DNA from: an archaeon
GTDB lineage: Archaea > Iainarchaeota > Iainarchaeia > Iainarchaeales > Iainarchaeaceae
Assembly (NCBI GenBank): GCA_005239615.1
Contig: SBBR01000060.1
Span: forward strand, 1 to 33,238
Length of the DNA: 33,238 nt
Reading direction: 5' to 3'
The notes under the pieces are model-generated. The model was given only the letters and a program-made list of their open reading frames with translations, had not been told where the DNA came from and made no database searches. This document shows positions 9,936 to 19,003 of the stretch, piece after piece. Position numbers and translations under genes: made by a program. How positions within the stretch are numbered: the first letter of the stretch is position 1; each line of letters begins with the position of its first letter.

Positions 9936-10577
9936 TCAAAACTTGAAATTCAGGAGGGGGAAGGTCTTCTGCGCATCCTTCTCGCTTATGAGAAAAATCG
10001 TGTCGGTCCACGAGCTGATGCACTCATAGATGTTCACGCCGTTCTCGCAGAGTAGGGCTGTGAGGAAGTTGAGAAAGCCCGGCACCTCCTCAATCTTTTC
10101 AGAGGTTTTGTGCGTAATCTGCACGAGGCCCTTTCTTGCCCGAAGGATGTACCCGGAAAAGCTGTCCTCCACCTCTTTTGCAAAGTCATCATCCAGCACG
10201 AGCGTGATTGTTTTCGTGCCCTGGAAGAGGTGAAATGTGTCGCCCTTTGACTTTACAGACTTCGCAAAATCCAGAATCTTTTCCCACACAAGGCTGTCGT
10301 CTTCGAGGATGAAGACCGAGACGCGGTTGCGCATCTCGAATTTTCCCCCTTTCACAAGCTTTACTATTTTCGACTCGAGTTCCGGCGGTGGCCGGGATTT
10401 TTCGGAGAATCTCCTGCACGCGACCATTATGGCATCAAAGGATGATTTCCCCCCGATTTTGAGTTCTAGCGAGATTTTGCGCGCGAGCGCGGAGTAATTT
10501 ATCAGGCCTGCCTTTAGGCACTGCTTTATCCCCGGATGGTTCTCCAGGTACTCGAAAACGAGCTTTGCGGTCTTCAT
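9936..10577 (-). CDS. HTH + aspartokinase/CASTOR-like ACT-domain protein, putative arg operon regulator
   Basis: N-terminal GLINYSALARKI helix-turn-helix-like motif; C-terminal VPGFLNFLTALL.ENGVNI.ECISSWTDTIF ACT repeat; divergent from argG. Confidence 0.8.
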   Translation of the reverse strand: MKTAKLVFEYLENHPGIKQCLKAGLINYSALARKISLELKIGGKSSFDAIMVACRRFSEKSRPPPELESKIVKLVKGGKFEMRNRVSVFILEDDSLVWEKILDFAKSVKSKGDTFHLFQGTKTITLVLDDDFAKEVEDSFSGYILRARKGLVQITHKTSEKIEEVPGFLNFLTALLCENGVNIYECISSWTDTIFLISEKDAQKTFPLLNFKF

Positions 10578-10605
10578 GGACAATTAATGGGGCAAAACAA
10601 TTAAA

Positions 10606-10653
10606 AATGTTCAATATTGGACATTCTTTGTCAAATTTGTCTGTTTTGGGACA
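10606..10653. promoter_or_regulatory. Two TGTY-N8-GACA palindromic boxes (10608-10623, 10638-10653) between divergent TATA boxes
   Basis: TGTT-CAATATTG-GACA (inside the 20-bp near-palindrome at 10606-10625) and TGTC-TGTTTTGG-GACA, starting 30 bp apart. TATA-like ATTAAAAA (10600-10607, minus strand) and CTATAAG (10658-10664, plus strand) flank them. Confidence 0.65.
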
Positions 10654-10689
10654 GAGCCTATAAGTAGGTTGGCAGCGCCATTGCTGTGA

Positions 10690-11922
10690 GTGGTTTTTGT
10701 GGCGACAAGGGAAAAGGTCGCGCTGGCGTACAGCGGCGGCCTTGACACTTCGGTGATTCTCAAGTGGCTGTGCAATGAAGGCTATGAGGTTGCGGCATAC
10801 ATCGCAGACGTGGGGCAGGACGAGGATTTTGCCGCGGCAAAAAAGAAGGCGCTGCTGCTCGGGGCCTGCAAGGCACACGTTGATGACCTGCGCGAGGAAT
10901 TCGTGAAGAATTATGTTTTCAGGGCAATGAAGGCCAACTGCACCTATGAAGGCAGCTACCTTCTCGGGACTTCGCTTGCGCGCCCCGTGATTGCAAAAGG
11001 CCAAGTCGCTTTTGCGAAAAAGAACGGGTGCGGCATCCTCGCTCACGGGGCCACTGGAAAGGGCAACGACCAGGTGAGGTTCGAACTCGCATACCACTCC
11101 CTCATGCCGGGCGTGAAAATACTGAGCCCGTGGAAGGAGAAGAAGTTTCTGGAGCGGTTCGGCGGAAGAGGGGACATGATAAAGTATGCCGCGCAAAACG
11201 ACATCCCTGTGCAGGCTACCGCCCAAAAGCCATACAGCATAGACGAGAACCTGATGCACACGAGCTACGAATCCGGGATTCTCGAAGACCCTGCAACAGC
11301 CCCGCAGGACGATATGTTCGTGAAAACGAAAAGCCCCCGGCAGGCCCCTGATAAGGAGACCAAAATAGCGATTGACTTCGAGGCAGGGGCCCCTGTGCGT
11401 GTCACCAATGCAGAAAACGGAAAAAAGACATCCGGCGCGCTGGAGGTATTCGGCTACCTGAACAAAATCGGCGGCGAGAACGGCATAGGCAGGGTTGACA
11501 TGGTTGAGAACCGGTATGTCGGCATAAAGTCACGCGGCGTGTACGAAACCCCTGCAGGAACGATACTCTGGAAGGCACACCGGGACATCGAGGGCCTGAC
11601 GCTCGACAGGGAGGTCTGCCACCTCAAGGACATGCTCATGCCGAAAATCTCGGAGCTTATATACAACGGATTCTGGTTCTCGCCGGAGATGGAATTCCTG
11701 ATGTGCACAGTCGAGCAGAGCCAGCAAAATGTTTGCGGAACGGTGTTCATGAGCCTCTACAAGGGAAATGCAATCATCACGGGAAGGGAATCGAAAAATT
11801 CGTTATACGACAAGGACCTCTCATCGATGGACAAGGCAGGCGGGTTCGACCAGTCAGACTCGAAGGGGTTCATAAAAATAAATTCGATACGGCTCCAAGC
11901 TGCCTGCAGGACGGGTTTTTGA
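10690..11922 (+). CDS. argG: Argininosuccinate synthase
   Basis: [41 protein letters not shown]. Confidence 0.98.
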   Translation: MVFVATREKVALAYSGGLDTSVILKWLCNEGYEVAAYIADVGQDEDFAAAKKKALLLGACKAHVDDLREEFVKNYVFRAMKANCTYEGSYLLGTSLARPVIAKGQVAFAKKNGCGILAHGATGKGNDQVRFELAYHSLMPGVKILSPWKEKKFLERFGGRGDMIKYAAQNDIPVQATAQKPYSIDENLMHTSYESGILEDPATAPQDDMFVKTKSPRQAPDKETKIAIDFEAGAPVRVTNAENGKKTSGALEVFGYLNKIGGENGIGRVDMVENRYVGIKSRGVYETPAGTILWKAHRDIEGLTLDREVCHLKDMLMPKISELIYNGFWFSPEMEFLMCTVEQSQQNVCGTVFMSLYKGNAIITGRESKNSLYDKDLSSMDKAGGFDQSDSKGFIKINSIRLQAACRTGF

Positions 11923-12842
11923 TGAAAAACGATGTATTGTCACTTGAAGGCTTTACCATGGAAAAAATAGAAGGGCTAATCGGCGTTGCACAGGACATAA
12001 AGAAGGACCCGAAGGCATACGCCTGGGATCTGGAGGGCAAAACACTTCTCTCCATATTCGAGAAGCCCTCGCTTCGCACGCGCATTTCCTTCGAGCTTGC
12101 GATGAAGCAGCTAGGCGGCCACACGATAACTATTGATTCCCAGTCAACCCCTATGGGAAAAAAGGAATCGATTGAGGACACGGCAAAGGTTGCGAGCAGG
12201 TACGCTGACATAATCATGGCGCGCATGTACAGCCACGCTGACCTTATAAAGCTTGCCCAAAACGCGAGCGTGCCGGTGATAAACGGGCTCACAAACAAGT
12301 TCCATCCGTGCCAGATACTCTCAGACCTTCTCACTATAAAGGAGAAGAAAGGCAAGTTCGAAGGGCTAAAGCTCGCGTACTTTGGCGATGCGGACAACAA
12401 CGTAACGCACTGCCTGCTGCTCGGCTGCGCCATAATGGGAATCAATATCCATGTGGCGTGCCCGAAGGGATACTGGCCGCAAGTGGATGTGCTGCAAAAG
12501 GCCATCGCGCTCGCCAGCGGCTCGGAAGTTGTGGTCGGGGAGTGCCCTGAAAATGCCGCAAGGAAGGCAGACATAATCTACACCGACAGCTGGATGAGCT
12601 ACCACATAAAGGAAGAGGAAAAGCCCAGAAGAATCAGGGACCTGATGCCGTTCCAGGTCACCAGCCGGCTCATGAAAGCTGCAAACAAAGGCGCCATGTT
12701 CATGAACTGCCTGCCCGCGCAGAGGGGCATGGAGCAGAGCGCCGAGGTGATTGATGGGCCACAGAGCATAGTGTTCGACCAGGCCGAGAACCGGCTGCAC
12801 ATGCAAAAAGCAATACTCCTATACTCTGAGGGGATTGCATGA
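11922..12842 (+). CDS. argF: Ornithine carbamoyltransferase
   Basis: FEKPSLRT, HPCQ, GDADNNV, YTDSWMSY, FMNCLP, FDQAENRLH. The true start is probably ATG 11922 overlapping the argG stop (TGATG). Confidence 0.93.
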   Translation: MKNDVLSLEGFTMEKIEGLIGVAQDIKKDPKAYAWDLEGKTLLSIFEKPSLRTRISFELAMKQLGGHTITIDSQSTPMGKKESIEDTAKVASRYADIIMARMYSHADLIKLAQNASVPVINGLTNKFHPCQILSDLLTIKEKKGKFEGLKLAYFGDADNNVTHCLLLGCAIMGINIHVACPKGYWPQVDVLQKAIALASGSEVVVGECPENAARKADIIYTDSWMSYHIKEEEKPRRIRDLMPFQVTSRLMKAANKGAMFMNCLPAQRGMEQSAEVIDGPQSIVFDQAENRLHMQKAILLYSEGIA

Positions 12843-14017
12843 AACTCTGGCAATCGGAAAACAGCATGGACAAGGACATCGAAGAGTATACTGTCGGGAA
12901 CGATTGCCTCTGCGACCAGAGCCTTGTGGAATATGACTGCATCGCATCAATTGCACATGCAGGGCTGCTGCTCAAAATGAAAATAATTACTCTACTGGAG
13001 CACAAGCGGCTCGTTTCCGGGCTGAATGAAATAATCCGCCTCAATGCCGCAGGCAAGTTCAAAATAACCCGGAAAGACGAGGACGTTCACACGAAAATAG
13101 AGAATTGGCTGACAAAAAATCACGGCACGGCGGGCAAGAAGATACATACGCTGCGCTCAAGAAACGACCAGGTCCTAACGGCCCTCCGGCTTTACTCGAA
13201 GGACGGACTTGCGCAGGTCAAGGAACAGGCCCATGACCTGATTGAGACTCTTGGAAAATTCGCCAAAAAAACAAAAGGCATCGCAATGCCGGGCTATACG
13301 CACATGCAGCGCGCGATGCCATCCAGCATTGCGCTATGGGCGGGGGCATTCGAGGAATCCCTCAAGGCCGACATTGAAATCCTTGAAATGGCAATTTGGG
13401 CAAACGACGAGAATCCCCTGGGAAGCGGGGCAGGGTATGGCCTTCCAGTGAAAATAGACAAGAGCGTTACCACAAAAGGGCTGGGTTTCTCACGGCACTT
13501 TTCCAACCCGTTGTATGTGCAGAACACCCGACAGAAAGTGGAACTGGCCACGCTCTTCTCGCTGCTGCAGGTGATGCTCACCCTAAACAAGCTCGCAAGC
13601 GATTTGATGCTCTTCACAACAAAGGAGTTCGGGTTTTTTTCGCTCCCGAAATCCATGTGCACGGGAAGCAGCATCATGCCGCAGAAAAGGAACTATGACG
13701 CACTCGAAATCCTGCGCGGCAATCTCGGAGCCGTTTCCGGGAATTTTTATGCCGTGCTCGCATGCGCCTCAAATCTCCCTTCAGGTTACAACAGGGACGC
13801 TCAGCTTGGCAAGGCAAGGCTCATGGAGAGCCTTGATATCGCCCTCAAATCTCTCAAAATCGCGCGGAAAATAATAATGAACATTGAAGTGAACAGGGCA
13901 GCCCTCAAGGCCGCCAACAGCGAAGGGCTCTATGCCGCGCAAAGGGCGATAAAAATGAGCCTCGAAGGCGTCCCGTTCCGGGATGCTTACAAAATAGTCT
14001 CAAAAAGCTGCCAATAA
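12839..14017 (+). CDS. argH: Argininosuccinate lyase (short form)
   Basis: EDVH, KKIHTLRSRNDQV, MPGYTHMQRAMP, TGSSIMPQKRN, PFRDAY. Confidence 0.95.
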   Translation: MKLWQSENSMDKDIEEYTVGNDCLCDQSLVEYDCIASIAHAGLLLKMKIITLLEHKRLVSGLNEIIRLNAAGKFKITRKDEDVHTKIENWLTKNHGTAGKKIHTLRSRNDQVLTALRLYSKDGLAQVKEQAHDLIETLGKFAKKTKGIAMPGYTHMQRAMPSSIALWAGAFEESLKADIEILEMAIWANDENPLGSGAGYGLPVKIDKSVTTKGLGFSRHFSNPLYVQNTRQKVELATLFSLLQVMLTLNKLASDLMLFTTKEFGFFSLPKSMCTGSSIMPQKRNYDALEILRGNLGAVSGNFYAVLACASNLPSGYNRDAQLGKARLMESLDIALKSLKIARKIIMNIEVNRAALKAANSEGLYAAQRAIKMSLEGVPFRDAYKIVSKSCQ

Positions 14018-14049
14018 GCCAGAACGTTGCCCGACGATGCCCTTCTGGC
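14018..14049 (+). terminator. Hairpin immediately after argH
   Basis: GCCAGAA...TTCTGGC inverted repeat directly after the TAA. Confidence 0.35.
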
Positions 14050-14095
14050 GATACCTTAAAAAAAGGCGCAACGGTATTGTTTACAGGTTTCCGAA

Positions 14096-15625
14096 ATGCA
14101 GAACGGCAACGGCTTTTCGCAGAGGATGAGGGCGAGGGTCTTAGACATCACCACGGGAAAGATGGTGGCGGTGCTCAACAATAAGGACGCGAGGGAGCTC
14201 GGCCTCCAGCCAATGGAAAGGGTTGAAATCATCAACACGAGAAACCACAAGTCAGTTAATGTGGTTGTGGACGTCACCGACTCAATGGTTAGGGAGGACG
14301 AGGTCGGGGTTTTCAGGGAAATGAAGGCAGCCCTCGGAGTGAAGGCAGGCAGCATCCTGGATGTCAGGCCTTCGAAAAAGCCCAAGAGCGTGGAATTCAT
14401 CAAGAAGAAGCTCGATGGGACAAAGCTGTCGGACGGGGAGATGAGGGAGATAGTGGAGGATATTGCCTCCAACAAGCTCTCGGAGATTGAAGCGACTGCT
14501 TTTGTGTCAGCTGTCTACGTGCATGGGTTCGACCTGGATGAAACCGTAGCCATGACAAAGGCGCTGATTGCGAACGGCAAAACACTCCAGTTCGGAAACA
14601 GGATGGTGCTGGACAAGCACTCGATAGGGGGGGTCAACGGAAGGACTACAATGATAGTGGTCCCAATAATCGCCGCTGCCGGTTTTGCCATACCCAAGAC
14701 GTCCTCACGCTCAATCACATCCTCATCCGGCACAGCAGACGCCATGGAAGTGCTCGCGAACGTATCGCTCTCCCTCAGAGACATCAAGAGGATTGTGGAA
14801 AAGACCAACGGCTGCATAGCGTGGGGAGGCGCTGTCGAGCTCGCCCCTGCTGATGACAAGATAATCAAGATAGAGTATCCGCTCTCGCTCGACCCGGAGG
14901 GGCAGGTAATTGCGAGTGTGATGGCAAAGAAAGCCAGCGTGGGGGCGAAATTCCTGGTAATTGACCTTCCGGTGGGGCCTTACGCGAAAATCAAGACCAA
15001 GGACAAGGCAGAGCAGATGGCACTGCGCTTTATAGAGGTCGGGAGGAAACTTGGCATCAAGGCCGAGGTCCTGCTCACGAATGGATATGAACCCATGGGC
15101 AGCGCATTCGGCCCCAGCCTCGAGGCGAAGCACGCCATGATGGTGCTTGAGGGCAAGGTGTATGACAATCTCGCCGAGAAGGCAATGGAGCTGGCGGGGG
15201 CGCTGCTTGACCTCGTTGGAAATACCGTGCCAGGAAAAGGTAAGGAAAAGGCGCTCGGAATCTTGAGGTCTGGGAAAGCCCTGAAAAAGATGCAGGAAAT
15301 AATCAGGGCACAGGGAGGAAAGATAACTTCGTCCCAGCAAATAAAGGAGGCGCCTTACAAGATACAAGTGCTCTCGCAGCACGACGGTGTGATAAACCTT
15401 ATCAACGTCTCGCTGCTGAACAGGATTGCGAGGATAGCCGGCGCGCCGGCGGACCAGAAGGCAGGCGTGAGGCTGCTCGTCTCGCAGGGGGACAAGGTCA
15501 GGAAGAACCAGGGCCTTTTCGAGATACATGCTGAGGATGAGCGAAAGCTCAGCACAAGCCACGAGTTCGCGCTTAGAAACGAGCCTGTAGAGCTCGAGAA
15601 AGTTGTCATCGGGAAATTCGAGTGA
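14096..15625 (+). CDS. AMP phosphorylase (thymidine phosphorylase family, archaeal pentose-bisphosphate pathway)
   Basis: N-terminal double-psi-barrel-like region, DKHSIGGV.G, PKTSSRSITSSSGTAD.MEVL, APADD.II..E.PL.LDP.GQ..ASVMAKK. Confidence 0.95.
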   Translation: MQNGNGFSQRMRARVLDITTGKMVAVLNNKDARELGLQPMERVEIINTRNHKSVNVVVDVTDSMVREDEVGVFREMKAALGVKAGSILDVRPSKKPKSVEFIKKKLDGTKLSDGEMREIVEDIASNKLSEIEATAFVSAVYVHGFDLDETVAMTKALIANGKTLQFGNRMVLDKHSIGGVNGRTTMIVVPIIAAAGFAIPKTSSRSITSSSGTADAMEVLANVSLSLRDIKRIVEKTNGCIAWGGAVELAPADDKIIKIEYPLSLDPEGQVIASVMAKKASVGAKFLVIDLPVGPYAKIKTKDKAEQMALRFIEVGRKLGIKAEVLLTNGYEPMGSAFGPSLEAKHAMMVLEGKVYDNLAEKAMELAGALLDLVGNTVPGKGKEKALGILRSGKALKKMQEIIRAQGGKITSSQQIKEAPYKIQVLSQHDGVINLINVSLLNRIARIAGAPADQKAGVRLLVSQGDKVRKNQGLFEIHAEDERKLSTSHEFALRNEPVELEKVVIGKFE

Positions 15626-16433
15626 ATAGGACCAGCATTTCCTCGGGTTCGAGCAGGTAAACCTTCTTTCCAGCGAGGCCTGTTTCCTCAAGGGCTTTCG
15701 CAGTCTTTTTCTCAGTTATCTTCAGCTTCGATTCAAACTCCGCCCGGCAACTCTTCATGGCATTCGAGAGGTTCTTGTTCCTGAACCTAAAAACGCTCTT
15801 CACGAAGAATACGAAACCGCCGTAGTCCTTTATTTTCGGCTGCCTCTTCTTTGCATCGAGGACCACGAGCGATGAATAGGCCTCTGGCTTAGGGTAGAAT
15901 GATCTCGGGGAGATATTGTGTATGACGACCTCCGGGTCGTATGAGACCCTACAGAGGGCAGAAATGTAGTTGTACTCGAGGAAGCCGGGCTCGGCCACGA
16001 GCTTCTCAACGAATTCGCGCTGGAAAACGAGCACCGCTTTCTCAAACCCGAAGGCGAAGAGCTTCAGCATTATCTCGCTAGAAATGCTGTATGGCGGGAA
16101 GGCAACTACCTTGCTAAACTCCGGCTTTTCAATCCCAAGGAAGTCGCCTTCTACCAAAAAAAAATTCTTGTTCGCGTCGAATTCTTCCTGCAGCACCCGC
16201 GCGAGAACCGGGTCGTACTCGATTCCAATCACCTTGCAGTGCTCCAGCAACGCCTCGGTCAGGAACCCGGTTCCAGAGCCGATTTCCAGCACCGTGTCCT
16301 TGGAGCCCAACTCAGCACACTCGACCATCTTTGCAATAAGGCGCTCGTCAATCACGAAGTGCTGCGAAAACCTATGCTCTGGCCTGAACCCGTACTCCAC
16401 CATCAGCTGCTGAAGCTCGTCGAAAAGTGACAT
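15606..16433 (-). CDS. ksgA: 16S rRNA adenine dimethyltransferase (KsgA/Dim1)
   Basis: SQHFVID, VLEIGSGTGFLT, PPYSISS, FQREF, SFYPKP; lies in the conserved cluster. Confidence 0.93.
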   Translation of the reverse strand: MSLFDELQQLMVEYGFRPEHRFSQHFVIDERLIAKMVECAELGSKDTVLEIGSGTGFLTEALLEHCKVIGIEYDPVLARVLQEEFDANKNFFLVEGDFLGIEKPEFSKVVAFPPYSISSEIMLKLFAFGFEKAVLVFQREFVEKLVAEPGFLEYNYISALCRVSYDPEVVIHNISPRSFYPKPEAYSSLVVLDAKKRQPKIKDYGGFVFFVKSVFRFRNKNLSNAMKSCRAEFESKLKITEKKTAKALEETGLAGKKVYLLEPEEMLVLFTRISR

Positions 16434-16535
16434 AAGCAGCAAGTAAGGTTAGAACAAATTTTAAACGGAACAAGGCCGAAAGGAAAACACCCTTGCTGGT
16501 AGGAGATTTCAGGCATACGCTGCTGTGGCAGCTAA

Positions 16536-17153
16536 TCAGAACCTTCCCTCGCGCCTTTCGAAGCCCGGGCTGTCATGGTGGCCGTGCCTCCCGTGCCGGA
16601 AGGGCCGCTCCGGCGCTGGCGGACGGGTGAAGAGATAGAACTTGCTGTCCTTCTCCTCCAGCTCCTCGACAATGCGCTTCACGATTGCCACCAGTGGGTC
16701 AGGAAACGGATAAAGCCTCTTCCTCATGTCCTCAAATGAAGCGAATGGAGCTTTCTGCCTCTCGCCGAGTATCTGCATCATGTGCTTCTTGCCCAAGCCA
16801 GGCAGCAGCTCTATCTGGTGCATCTTCAGGCTGAGGCTACTAGAAGTGTTGTAGAAGCCGACGTACCTGCTCTCGTTGCCGAGCACAATCTTCTGGATAG
16901 CGGCCTCGAGCTCGTTCAGGGAAGTATTCGTGAGCTCCTTGTGGGTAACCCTTCTCTTTATGTGGTCGACCTGCGGCCTCTCATCCTTTCCTATGTAGAC
17001 CTCGTCAAGCGCTTTGAGTTCCACTCCCGAGCGGGGAACAACTTCGAGCAGCGTGAAGGACTCCATTCCTATGAGCTGTGCCAAGGGCTCGGTCTTGTAG
17101 TCGGAGCTCTTTCCGCGGGACAGGAAATCAAGGACTAGGGCTTTTTCTTCCAT
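16536..17153 (-). CDS. DUF655 family HhH nucleic-acid-binding protein
   Basis: EEKALVLDFL..G, FTLLEV, VYIGK..R, HQIELLPGLGKK; sits between rpoF and ksgA. Confidence 0.92.
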   Translation of the reverse strand: MEEKALVLDFLSRGKSSDYKTEPLAQLIGMESFTLLEVVPRSGVELKALDEVYIGKDERPQVDHIKRRVTHKELTNTSLNELEAAIQKIVLGNESRYVGFYNTSSSLSLKMHQIELLPGLGKKHMMQILGERQKAPFASFEDMRKRLYPFPDPLVAIVKRIVEELEEKDSKFYLFTRPPAPERPFRHGRHGHHDSPGFERREGRF

Positions 17154-17193
17154 ATGCAGGAACACTCCACCTGAGGCTGGAATTGCCGGAAAC

Positions 17194-17532
17194 TTATTTG
17201 GCATACTTTGAGACAACTTCCACAACCTGCTTGAGCGTCTCGTCGCTGACCTGCGCCCCGCCCTTGTAGAGAATTAGCTTCGCGGTGTTCAGGTCTGGAG
17301 GCATGATGTCGATTACCTTGGTGATAAAGTCATCATCCAGCCCGTTAATCGCCTGCAGCTCCGAGTTCATCTTCTCGCCCTTAGCAGGAGTGACCTTCGC
17401 AAACTTCTTTGAGTATTCAAACGCCTGCTGCTGCTCATAAGTGAGGTCCCCCTCCTTGTTGCGCCCGGAGAGTATCTCCTTGACCTCGTAAAGCGGGACA
17501 TCCTTTGCCGAAACCTGCTTCTTGCCAATCAT
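17194..17532 (-). CDS. rpoF: RNA polymerase subunit Rpo4 (F)
   Basis: MIGKK..., LTYEQQQAFEY..KFAK, KVIDIMP; synteny with L21e. Confidence 0.92.
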   Translation of the reverse strand: MIGKKQVSAKDVPLYEVKEILSGRNKEGDLTYEQQQAFEYSKKFAKVTPAKGEKMNSELQAINGLDDDFITKVIDIMPPDLNTAKLILYKGGAQVSDETLKQVVEVVSKYAK

Positions 17533-17909
17533 GCGGCCACCTTCTCTTCGTCCTCTTCGCCTTCCCCGTGCACATGGGCCACATGGACGCCCTGGGCAAT
17601 ACCAGGTGTGAATCCTGCCGAGCCCCTTGAAATTGTGAGGTGCGCCGGCCCCGCGAGGACCTTCATCTGCTTGCCGAGCTTGGAAACCGAGACAAAGTAG
17701 GCCGAACCCTGCTTCCCAATAACCATGCCTGTCATGCCTTGGTAGCGCCTGAATGGCATGCCGGAATGCACCGAACTATTGATTTTGATGTCTACCTTCG
17801 CCCCTACAGGAATCTGCTGCAGGAGCTTGTTGACTGTAACCTTTCCGCCCTTGTTGCGGTGGCTGTGCCTTGTCTTAGCCCTCTTGCCCTTTGCAGCCTT
17901 GCCCGCCAT
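17529..17909 (-). CDS. rpl21e: 50S ribosomal protein L21e with a C-terminal extension
   Basis: KGKRAKTR, G.KVDIKINSSVHSGMPFRRYQG.TG.V, PAHL. Confidence 0.93.
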   Translation of the reverse strand: MAGKAAKGKRAKTRHSHRNKGGKVTVNKLLQQIPVGAKVDIKINSSVHSGMPFRRYQGMTGMVIGKQGSAYFVSVSKLGKQMKVLAGPAHLTISRGSAGFTPGIAQGVHVAHVHGEGEEDEEKVAA

Positions 17910-17983
17910 AAATACCACTAACTAAAATGATCCTGTTCTATAACCATGTCCTCTGGAAACATTTAAATACGTTGGGGGGATAA

Positions 17984-18515
17984 ATGCGCCGTGGCGTCAT
18001 ATCATGCCAGTCTTCAATCACCCTAATCATTTCCAACCTGGTCGTTATTGCCCTTGCAGTGGTTGAGAACTTGAGCCTCCCGATGCTCATGCTTTGGTAT
18101 TAGTGCCCCGTGAAGATATTTTTCGGTGGGTTTTTTCTCCCTCATTATGGAGTGTTTCACACGGGATTCCTTCCTGTCATACTGAGTGGCTTCTTTTTCA
18201 TTAGTCATTTTTCAGGCCAATTATCCGGAGCAACTGCCATTGACTGGATTATGGTTGCCGCTACTACCATCATTTTCTTTGCGAACCACCTTTCTCCTTT
18301 GTTTGCAATTTCAGGAGGAGCAGCGCCTCAAAAAAGCAGATAATGCAAATTGTGCTTGCACCGAATGCGAGAATCGTCCCGATGCACATCACAATAATTT
18401 TCGGCACGATGCTATAGCAAATGACAAAAATATTTGAACAGGAAAAAGTCATTTGCTATCAGTGATTTTCCTCCTGCTCAAGACAGAGGCTGACCTGAAG
18501 ATGCACGCGGGCTAA
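17984..18515 (+). pseudogene. Disrupted DUF6498-like membrane protein
   Basis: Pieces in different frames, with in-frame TAGs: LIISNLVVIA..WY*, FFLPHYGVFH, FFANHL, P.ARIVPMHITIIFG, FLLLKTEADLKMH. Confidence 0.7.
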
Positions 18516-18580
18516 GGGCACAATGGGTTACAGACTGATACAGAGATTCGGCCCACAAAAAGTTTTGGCACCGACATTAA

Positions 18581-18796
18581 CTACTCCGCCCTGAACACGT
18601 AATAGCCAACCGCGAAGAGTATTATCGCTATGAACCAGAGGCTGTACACGCCGAGCGCCTGGAACTTGAATATTATTTCCCTGATGAACTCGATTTCCTC
18701 AAAAACACGCACAAGCGCGATGAACGCGAACACCGCGCCAAGGGCCATTATGGCGGCACCTAACCCTTGCGCGAATGGGTTTCCGCTTCCTGCCAT
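18581..18796 (-). CDS. Small two-TM membrane protein, hypothetical
   Basis: Two hydrophobic helices (GLGAAIMALGAVFAFIALV; LWFIAIILFAVGYYVF). Confidence 0.65.
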   Translation of the reverse strand: MAGSGNPFAQGLGAAIMALGAVFAFIALVRVFEEIEFIREIIFKFQALGVYSLWFIAIILFAVGYYVFRAE

Positions 18797-18922
18797 AGAT
18801 GTCACAACACCAATACGTCCCACCGGCTTTTTACGCCTTATGCGTTTTTAGGCAACACAGGCAAAACAATCCATGCCAGGATTTAGGGAAAAGGCCCTGT
18901 TTCCGGACATTTAGGCCGTGGG

Positions 18923-18973
18923 GGCTTTATATACCGGGTTTATAAAGCCTTTTAAAGGCTTTAAATATAAAGC
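18923..18973. promoter_or_regulatory. Interlocking palindromes with multiple TATA-like boxes upstream of tbp
   Basis: GGCTTTATA..TATAAAGCC, AAAGCCTTTTAAAGGCTTT, GCTTTA-AATA-TAAAGC. Confidence 0.55.
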
Positions 18974-19003
18974 GCCTTTTTGAAATCGCACGGGGGTGGC
19001 CGG

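Noticed and set aside
11703..11921. N-terminal 73-aa extension of OTC in the ORF track
   Set aside because: It overlaps argG; homology begins at ATG 11922, which is coupled to the argG stop
14029..14041. TGCCCGACRATGC after both argH and rmlA (about 30309)
   Set aside because: Only 13 nt with a mismatch and two occurrences; compatible with chance
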